This document shows positions 57,882-64,000 of a stretch of 64,000 bases of DNA, piece by piece. Origin of the DNA: Rhodobiaceae bacterium (GTDB taxonomy: Bacteria; Pseudomonadota; Alphaproteobacteria; RS24); NCBI GenBank assembly GCA_018660505.1, contig JABJKE010000034.1, forward strand, positions 23,114 through 87,113, given 5' to 3'. The notes under the pieces were generated by a model. That model was not told the DNA's origin and searched no databases. It was given only the letters and a program-made list of their open reading frames with translations. Each line of letters starts with the position of its first letter. The stretch's first letter is position 1. Made by a program: the position numbers and the translations under genes.

Positions 57882-58925
57882 GTGAAAAAAACCATTATAG
57901 CGATTGATGCCATGGGCGGCGATATTGGCCCTGCGGTAACCATTAAGGGGCTGGTGCGAACCAAGCTAGAGCGCCCCAATACGAGCTTTTTAGTGTTCGG
58001 CGATAGCGATAAAATAACCGCAGAATTGAACCGACATAAAGACCTGCAAGATATTTGCACTGTCGTGCATTGCGAAAAAGAAGTGGCCATGGAGGCAAAG
58101 CCATCTGTGGCGCTGCGCCAAGGCCGCAAAGTATCTGGCATGTGGCGCGCCATTGACGCGGTGAAACAAGGCGAGGCGCATGCTTGTGTCTCGGCTGGCA
58201 ATACGGGCGCTTTAATGGCCATGGGCAAAGTGGTTTTACGCACGCTGCCCGGTATCGAGCGCCCCGCTATGGCGGCCATTTGGCCAACCGTGCGCGGCGA
58301 AAGCGTGGTCTTGGATGTGGGGGCAAATATTGGCGGCACGGCGGCGCATTACGCGCAATTCGCCGTTATGGGCGCTGCCTATGCCCGCACGGTATTTGGC
58401 CTATCGCAGCCAGAAATCGGCTTGTTGAACATCGGCGTTGAGGAAGTCAAAGGCACCGATGAAGTCAAGGAAGCGGCAGAGCTATTGACCTTGTCAGAGT
58501 TAAACTTCAAAGGTTTTGTCGAAGGCGACGGCATTGGTCGTGGCGATGTGGATGTTGTGGTGACCGATGGGTTTACCGGCAATATTGCGCTTAAAACCGC
58601 CGAAGGCACGGCCCGTCAAATCGGCGAATATTTGCGCCAAGCCATGGGCAGTTCGCTGCTGTCGAAAATTGGCTATGTTTTTGCCATGGGGGCGTTCAAG
58701 GCGCTGCGCAAGCGTATGGACCCGAATGCGGCCAATGGCGGCATGTTGTTGGGCTTAAATGGGGTGGTGGTAAAAAGCCATGGCGGCGCCGATGCCGATG
58801 GTTTCGCCACCGCTGTGGAAGTAGCCATTGAGGCAGCAGAGGCCGATATTCTGGGCGCGATTAGCTCGGACATAGAAACCATGCAAGCCTTGCTAGATGA
58901 TGCATGGGCGGAATCGTTAACATAA
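57882..58925 (+). CDS. plsX: phosphate acyltransferase PlsX
   Basis: 347 aa, GTG start. [30 protein letters not shown] and VVKSHG motifs. Confidence 0.93.
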   Translation: MKKTIIAIDAMGGDIGPAVTIKGLVRTKLERPNTSFLVFGDSDKITAELNRHKDLQDICTVVHCEKEVAMEAKPSVALRQGRKVSGMWRAIDAVKQGEAHACVSAGNTGALMAMGKVVLRTLPGIERPAMAAIWPTVRGESVVLDVGANIGGTAAHYAQFAVMGAAYARTVFGLSQPEIGLLNIGVEEVKGTDEVKEAAELLTLSELNFKGFVEGDGIGRGDVDVVVTDGFTGNIALKTAEGTARQIGEYLRQAMGSSLLSKIGYVFAMGAFKALRKRMDPNAANGGMLLGLNGVVVKSHGGADADGFATAVEVAIEAAEADILGAISSDIETMQALLDDAWAESLT

Positions 58926-58950
58926 GTCTTGATTAAAAAAACAGGGGGGC

Positions 58951-59931
58951 GTGGTGAAAAAATCAAAAATAATTGGCATTGGCTCTTATTTGCCAGAACA
59001 AATTATCAGCAATGATGACCTCGCCAAAATTCTGGACACGAGCGACGAATGGATTCAAAGCCGCTCGGGCATTAAGGCGCGCCATCGCGCGGCGGAAGGC
59101 GAGACGACTTCCGATTTAGCTTTTCAGGCAGCGCAAGCGGCTTTGACGCATGCCAAACGAACGCCCGACGACATTGACTTAATTATCGTCGCGACCACGA
59201 CGCCCGATTTAACTTTTCCGGCGACGGCGGCTTTGGTGCAGAAAAAACTCGGCATTCGCCACGGCGCGGCTTTTGACGTGCAGGCGGTATGTTCGGGCTT
59301 CGTCTATGGATTGAGCGTGGCCAGCGCTATGGTCGAGACTGGACAGGCCAAATGCGCTTTGCTCATCGGCGCGGAAACCATGACCCGCCTATTGGATATG
59401 CAAGACCGTGCCACCGCCGTTTTATTTGGCGATGGGGCGGGCGCCATTGTGTTAGAGGCCAGCGAGGTGGGGCGCGAAGATATCGACACGGCCAGCCATG
59501 TGATGGGCTCTTATTTGCGTTCCGATGGGGCGCTGTCGGATATTCTTTATGTCGACGGCGGGCCTTCGACCACGGGCACGACGGGGCATTTGCGAATGCA
59601 GGGCCGCGAGGTCTATCGCCATGCGGTGGGCAATATTTCCGACGCGATTAATACTTTATTGCAGCGCACCGATATGAGCATCGAGGATGTCGATTGGTTT
59701 GTGCCGCATCAGGCCAATAAACGCATCATCGATGGGGTGGCCAAGAAAATTGGCCTGCCGATAGAAAAGACTGTGGTGACCATTCACCAGCACGCCAATA
59801 CCTCGGCGGCATCGATCCCCTTAGCGCTGTGCGAGATTGTGCAACAGGGCAAAGTAAAGCGCGGCGACATTATTATGCTCGAGGCCATGGGCGGCGGGCT
59901 GACGTGGGGCGCCAATCTCCTTCGTTGGTAA
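58951..59931 (+). CDS. fabH: beta-ketoacyl-ACP synthase III
   Basis: 326 aa, GTG start. DTSDEWI, AVCSGFVYGL (Cys), VPHQANKRI (His) and GNTSAASIPLAL (Asn) motifs. Confidence 0.94.
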   Translation: MVKKSKIIGIGSYLPEQIISNDDLAKILDTSDEWIQSRSGIKARHRAAEGETTSDLAFQAAQAALTHAKRTPDDIDLIIVATTTPDLTFPATAALVQKKLGIRHGAAFDVQAVCSGFVYGLSVASAMVETGQAKCALLIGAETMTRLLDMQDRATAVLFGDGAGAIVLEASEVGREDIDTASHVMGSYLRSDGALSDILYVDGGPSTTGTTGHLRMQGREVYRHAVGNISDAINTLLQRTDMSIEDVDWFVPHQANKRIIDGVAKKIGLPIEKTVVTIHQHANTSAASIPLALCEIVQQGKVKRGDIIMLEAMGGGLTWGANLLRW

Positions 59932-60009
59932 CAATCTTCTTTAAGGGTTTGTTTTTGCTTGCATGATTAAAATGCCATGTGCTTAAATTATGGTCTTAAA
60001 AGGAGTTTC

Positions 60010-60315
60010 ATGGTGGGTAAAACAATTACACGAGCTGATTTAAGTGAGGTTGTTTATAATACGGTTGGCCTATCGCGAAGCGAGTCAGCGGATATTGTGG
60101 AGACGGTTCTCGAGCTTGTGTCGGAAGCTTTGGTGCAAGGCGACGATGTCAAACTTTCCTCCTTTGGTTCTTTTTTGGTGCGTCATAAAAACGGACGCGT
60201 GGGGCGCAACCCGAAAACCGGCGAAGAAGTGCCGATTGACCCGCGCCGCGTTTTGAGTTTTCGCGCCAGTCATGTTTTGAAAAATAAAATCAACAAAATG
60301 GCAGGTCTCGACTAG
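60010..60315 (+). CDS. ihfA: integration host factor subunit alpha
   Basis: ORF 59977..60315; ATG 60010 after [17 protein letters not shown]... and [12 protein letters not shown] motifs. Confidence 0.92.
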   Translation: MVGKTITRADLSEVVYNTVGLSRSESADIVETVLELVSEALVQGDDVKLSSFGSFLVRHKNGRVGRNPKTGEEVPIDPRRVLSFRASHVLKNKINKMAGLD

Positions 60316-60324
60316 GTCAAGTGG

Positions 60325-60726
60325 ATGAGTGACACGAAATCAGAAACAGCCTTTCGGACGATCAGTGAGGTTGCCCAAGCTCTCGCGCTCAAACCGCATG
60401 TGCTGCGTTTTTGGGAGAGTAAGTTTGAGCAAATTCAGCCGATGAAACGCGCCAATGGGCGGCGCTATTATCGGCCTGAAGATGTGGCGTTGATCTCCAG
60501 CATTCAGCATTTATTACACGAGCAGGGCATGACCATAAAGGGCGTACAAAAGCTCATCAAAGACGAAGGCATTGCCAGCCTGCGGGCGGCGCGCGCCAAT
60601 ATGAAGGCGGGCCCGCAAAAACCAACGGAGCAAGCCGCCTTGACGCCAGCCCAGCGCAGCCAGTTGGAGGCGGCGCGTCAAAGCTTGCGGCAGGCGCGGC
60701 TTTTGCTGGCAGATGACGAAACCTAG
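60325..60726 (+). CDS. MerR family transcriptional regulator
   Basis: 133 aa. [25 protein letters not shown]...[14 protein letters not shown] pattern. Conserved position after ihfA. Confidence 0.82.
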   Translation: MSDTKSETAFRTISEVAQALALKPHVLRFWESKFEQIQPMKRANGRRYYRPEDVALISSIQHLLHEQGMTIKGVQKLIKDEGIASLRAARANMKAGPQKPTEQAALTPAQRSQLEAARQSLRQARLLLADDET

Positions 60727-60777
60727 TTGCGCTTGGCTTGCCTTTTGCCTCGAAAGCTTTTAGAAAACCCATGAAGT

Positions 60778-60854
60778 CGGAGCGTAGCGCAGCCCGGTAG
60801 CGCACTTGTCTGGGGGACAAGGGGTCGTGGGTTCGAATCCCGCCGCTCCGACCA
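60778..60854 (+). tRNA. tRNA-Pro (anticodon GGG)
   Basis: CGGAGCGTAGCGCAGCCCGGTAGCGCACTTGTCTGGGGGACAAGGGGTCGTGGGTTCGAATCCCGCCGCTCCGACCA. Cloverleaf stems pair. Anticodon loop is CUGGGGG. Confidence 0.92.
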
Positions 60855-60895
60855 ATTCGAATTTGTAAGTGGCCCCCGCTTACTTGGAGAGAAAA

Positions 60896-60976
60896 ATGAC
60901 GTCTATCCTACCTATTGTGATTTTTATCGCGGCGATTTTTGTTTTGAACATTATTCAATTCGGTCGCCCCGACTAA
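60896..60976 (+). CDS. possible 26-aa hydrophobic micro-protein
   Basis: GGAGAG RBS 4 nt upstream of [29 protein letters not shown]. Followed by an intrinsic terminator. Below the ORF-track size cut-off. Confidence 0.35.
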   Translation: MTSILPIVIFIAAIFVLNIIQFGRPD

Positions 60977-61007
60977 GCCTATCGTCTCTTGTTATGGGAG
61001 ATAGAAT

Positions 61008-61040
61008 AAAGCCGCTTCCCTTGGGGAGGCGGCTTTTATT
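61008..61040. terminator. bidirectional intrinsic terminator between convergent genes
   Basis: AAAGCCGCTTCC-CTTGG-GGAGGCGGCTTT with T/A runs on both sides. Confidence 0.7.
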
Positions 61041-61045
61041 TGGGC

Positions 61046-61303
61046 TTATTCTTCTTCATCAGGGCGTTGCATCCAATAAATAATCGCGCCCGCCGGCAGC
61101 ACCCAGGCAATGCCGGTAATCAGATAAAAGAAAAACTCAATCCACTTATTGTCCGGCACGCTGGTCGTCACCGCCACGGTCATTACCAATAGGGCATAAA
61201 AAACAATCAACACGAGCATGGCCACAAGGCCGATAAGCTTGCGCAAGCGCATCGGTAGCCACGGTTTACGGAATGGTCTGGAAGCGGTTTGTTTATCTGT
61301 CAT
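61046..61303 (-). CDS. DUF2842-like small membrane protein
   Basis: ORF 61046..61339; ATG 61303. Two TM segments, basic N-terminus RPFRKPWLPMRLRKL. Common neighbour of ctaA in alphaproteobacteria. Confidence 0.55.
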   Translation of the reverse strand: MTDKQTASRPFRKPWLPMRLRKLIGLVAMLVLIVFYALLVMTVAVTTSVPDNKWIEFFFYLITGIAWVLPAGAIIYWMQRPDEEE

Positions 61304-61405
61304 GGCCCTTGGGTAGCATGAAAGCGGGGCGCCTTCCAAAAGCTAAAGCGCGCTCGCGATGTTTGGTCGCAAGGCGAGGGCGCCGAAACGCGGTATAAGC
61401 GGCGC

Positions 61406-62467
61406 ATGAACTCGCAAACGCAAATCGATATCGCCCATCGCGCCGACCGACAAATCGCCATCTGGCTATTCACGCTGGCTGGTTTTGTGGTGCTTATGGT
61501 GCTGGTCGGGGGGCTGACGCGGCTCACCGATAGCGGTCTGTCGATTACCGAATGGGCGCCGATACGCGGAGCCATTCCGCCGCTTTCGCAGGCCGATTGG
61601 ATGAGCGAGTTCAACAAATACCGACAGATTTCCGAATATTTGCTGGTCAATGCGGGCATGAGCTTGGCCGAGTTTAAGTTCATTTATTGGTGGGAGTGGG
61701 GGCATCGCTTCTTGGGCCGTGTGGTTGGCCTGGTCTTTTTGCTGCCGTTTTTGGTGTTTCTCGCGCAAGGCAAAATCAGCCGCGCCCGCCTGCCGGCTTT
61801 GCTGGGGCTATTTGTCTTGGGCGGACTGCAAGGCTTTATGGGCTGGTATATGGTCGCCAGCGGCCTGACCGAGCGGGTGGACGTCAGCCAATATCGCTTG
61901 GCCATGCATTTGGGCCTAGCGCTGATTATTTTCTGTTGCAGCATCTGGTTGGCCTTGGGCTATTGGCGCGGCGTCAAAACCGCCAACCCGCCCTCGACCG
62001 GGATGTTGGTGGCGGGCGCGATTGTTGGCGTGGTGCTTGTGCAATCTTTGCTTGGCGCCTTGGTGGCCGGGCTCGATGCGGGCACGACCTATACCGATTG
62101 GCCGTGGATGGATGGCGAATTCATTCCCACGGGGCTTTTGGCGCAACAACCGCTGTGGCGCAATTTCTTTGAGAATATTCTCACCGTGCAATTCGACCAC
62201 CGCATGGCCGCCTATGCCATCACCGGATTGGTGGGCTGGCACATTTATAAGGTGTTCACCACGCAAAAAAACCCGCAGGTGCGCGCCACCGCCATGGTTT
62301 TGGCCGCCACCGTCAGCGTGCAAGTCGTCCTCGGCATTGTGGCGCTGGTCTATGCCGCCCCCATGGGGTTGGCGGCGGCGCACCAAATAGGGGCCGTAGC
62401 GGTTTTGGGAGCGGCGGTCACGCATTTGCACCTATTGCGCTTTTCGGCGAGCGAAAACAAGGCGTAA
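61406..62467 (+). CDS. ctaA: heme A synthase (COX15/CtaA)
   Basis: 353 aa, 8 TM. GGLTRLTDSGLSITEW, WEWGHR and FDHRMAAY His-containing motifs. Confidence 0.9.
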   Translation: MNSQTQIDIAHRADRQIAIWLFTLAGFVVLMVLVGGLTRLTDSGLSITEWAPIRGAIPPLSQADWMSEFNKYRQISEYLLVNAGMSLAEFKFIYWWEWGHRFLGRVVGLVFLLPFLVFLAQGKISRARLPALLGLFVLGGLQGFMGWYMVASGLTERVDVSQYRLAMHLGLALIIFCCSIWLALGYWRGVKTANPPSTGMLVAGAIVGVVLVQSLLGALVAGLDAGTTYTDWPWMDGEFIPTGLLAQQPLWRNFFENILTVQFDHRMAAYAITGLVGWHIYKVFTTQKNPQVRATAMVLAATVSVQVVLGIVALVYAAPMGLAAAHQIGAVAVLGAAVTHLHLLRFSASENKA

Positions 62468-62617
62468 CCATACGGTAAATAAATACCAAAATGGCAAGCC
62501 CTTGTTTTTGCTTATTAAAAACTATCAAAACATCCTTGCATTGTGCGTTACGCCCACGTAAAACACAGCAACATCTCATAAGGGGCCTAATGTTGGGCTT
62601 TTGGATAGGACATAGTT

Positions 62618-63079
62618 ATGAAGACTTATTCTGCGAAACCTTCGGATATTGAGAAAAAGTGGATTCTCATTGATGCCGAAAACTTGGTTGTGGGTCGCCT
62701 AGCGGCGGTTATTGCAACGCGCCTGCGTGGCAAACACCTGCCGACGTTCACACCGCATATGGATACGGGCGATCACGTGATTGTTATCAATGCGGATAAA
62801 GTGAAATTCACGGGCAAGAAATTGTCGGACAAGAAATATTATCGCCACACGGGTTATCCGGGCGGCATTAAAGAGACGACCCCGGAAAAAGTGCTGGAAG
62901 GCAAGTTTCCCGAGCGTCTTGTTGAAATGGCGGTAAAGCGGATGTTGCCTCGTGGCCCTATGGCGCGCAAGCAGTTCAGCAATTTGAAAGTCTATGCCGG
63001 CAGTGAGCATCCCCATGTTGCTCAGTCTCCAGAAGTTTTGGATGTCGCGTCGATGAACACTAAGAATGTGAGGGCATAG
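62618..63079 (+). CDS. rplM: 50S ribosomal protein L13
   Basis: 153 aa. [27 protein letters not shown]..., [10 protein letters not shown]. Confidence 0.96.
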   Translation: MKTYSAKPSDIEKKWILIDAENLVVGRLAAVIATRLRGKHLPTFTPHMDTGDHVIVINADKVKFTGKKLSDKKYYRHTGYPGGIKETTPEKVLEGKFPERLVEMAVKRMLPRGPMARKQFSNLKVYAGSEHPHVAQSPEVLDVASMNTKNVRA

Positions 63080-63081
63080 CT

Positions 63082-63612
63082 ATGTCGGATACAGTAGAAA
63101 CACCGGTAGAAAACACCGATACAGCGCTCAGCTCCGCCCTAGAAGGCGCGGCCAGCTCCAGCGATAGCGTAACCGGAGAAACCGTGGCAGCGCCTGCCGC
63201 TCCGGTTGAGCCACAAATCGACGCGCAAGGCCGTGCTTATGCAACGGGCAAGCGTAAAAACGCGATTGCACGGGTCTGGATTAAGCCTGGCACGGGCGTG
63301 ATTACGGTCAATGGAAAAACCGAAGAAGTTTTCTTCGCCCGCCCTGTGCTGCGCATGATTTTGCGTCAACCGCTTATCGCAGCCGAGCGCAATGGCCAAT
63401 TTGATGTGGTCGCAACCGTCAGTGGTGGCGGTTTGTCGGGTCAGGCTGGCGCGGTGCGTCATGGTATTTCCAAGTCGCTGACCTATTACGAACCCGGCCT
63501 TCGCGGGGTTCTGAAAAGCGGTGGCTTCCTGACACGCGATAGCCGTGTTGTAGAACGTAAGAAATATGGCCGTGCCAAAGCGCGTCGTAGCTTCCAGTTC
63601 TCTAAACGCTAG
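63082..63612 (+). CDS. rpsI: 30S ribosomal protein S9 (with acidic/Ala-Pro-rich N-terminal extension)
   Basis: 176 aa. [34 protein letters not shown], and C-terminal [18 protein letters not shown]. Confidence 0.96.
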   Translation: MSDTVETPVENTDTALSSALEGAASSSDSVTGETVAAPAAPVEPQIDAQGRAYATGKRKNAIARVWIKPGTGVITVNGKTEEVFFARPVLRMILRQPLIAAERNGQFDVVATVSGGGLSGQAGAVRHGISKSLTYYEPGLRGVLKSGGFLTRDSRVVERKKYGRAKARRSFQFSKR

Positions 63613-63635
63613 GTCTTTTGCCTTTTACGAAAAGA

Positions 63636-63663
63636 AAAAGGGACCTTTTGGTCCCTTTTTTTG
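63636..63663 (+). terminator. intrinsic terminator after rplM-rpsI
   Basis: AAAAAGGGACC-TTTT-GGTCCCTTTTTTTT. Confidence 0.8.
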
Positions 63664-63697
63664 TTATGTAGAAGAGAGATGAAACAAGAGAGATTCG

Positions 63698-64000
63698 ATG
63701 ACTGATAAAATTCCTGGAAGTAGTGTGACGATTACGGAAATCATGGATTTCCTGCCGCATCGGTACCCGTTTTTGTTGGTAGACCGGGTTGTGGAAATGG
63801 ATGGCGAAAAATCGGGCGTCGGCATTAAAAATGTCACGGCGTCGGAGCCTTGGTTTACCGGGCATTTTCCGAGCAATCCGGTGTTCCCAGGCGTCTTGAT
63901 TATCGAGGCCATTGCGCAAGTTTCGGCCATTCTGGTGATGCAAAACGCCAAGGATGAAGGCAATCCGATGGTGACCAAAACGATTTATTTCATGACGGTC
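63698..64000 (+). CDS. fabZ: 3-hydroxyacyl-ACP dehydratase FabZ, N-terminal part (runs off window end)
   Basis: Own translation from ATG 63698: [74 protein letters not shown]..., the canonical FabZ motifs. Open at the window edge. Confidence 0.92.
   Translation, partial: MTDKIPGSSVTITEIMDFLPHRYPFLLVDRVVEMDGEKSGVGIKNVTASEPWFTGHFPSNPVFPGVLIIEAIAQVSAILVMQNAKDEGNPMVTKTIYFMTV

Overview
A 64-kb chromosomal segment, densely coding and moderately GC-rich. It is most likely from an alphaproteobacterium; this is inferred from gene content and order (plsX-fabH-ihfA-merR-tRNA-Pro, ctaA, a single RelA/SpoT homologue, hppA, nrdR-ribD-ribE-ribBX-ribH-nusB-thiL), not from any search.

Most of the window is housekeeping:
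- dapA, smpB, folK, rpoZ, spoT, pyrE, pdxJ-acpS-lepB-rnc-era-recO and parC
- a TRAP transporter, bpt, hemB and a valine-catabolism trio (acyl-CoA dehydrogenase, 3-hydroxyisobutyryl-CoA hydrolase, mmsB)
- glyA, the riboflavin operon, a H+-pyrophosphatase, bamE, rplM-rpsI and fabZ

The one clear accessory region is a visibly AT-richer islet at about 9.9-16.1 kb, abutting tRNA-Ser(GCU). It carries a complete, compact type II-C CRISPR-Cas9 module:
- a divergently encoded tracrRNA, predicted here from an anti-repeat plus an intrinsic terminator
- cas9 (1109 aa, all nuclease motifs intact), cas1 and cas2
- a minimal array of two identical 38-nt repeats and a single 30-nt spacer, oriented so that crRNA is read from the minus strand
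- repeats that contain a 9-nt G/C homopolymer and end in an extended -10-like box, as in Neisseria-type II-C arrays

Downstream of the array, an orphan membrane-protein cassette is bracketed by imperfect ~75-80-nt direct repeats. Short tandem duplications sit next to the tRNA.

Elsewhere, two genes are split by frameshifts exactly at poly-G tracts. One is a membrane-anchored protein at 6.4-7.1 kb. The other is a lipoprotein S8 subtilase whose C-terminal beta-barrel-like part is a separate ORF. Both would be repaired by +1 G, so either homopolymer sequencing error or phase variation is possible.

I also note a triple tandem terminator-like repeat after hppA, a 12-nt tandem repeat at the 5' end of the subtilase gene, a Cys-less RibBX-type fusion and a 26-codon micro-ORF.

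No searches were run. All family assignments rest on motifs I could read in the translations.
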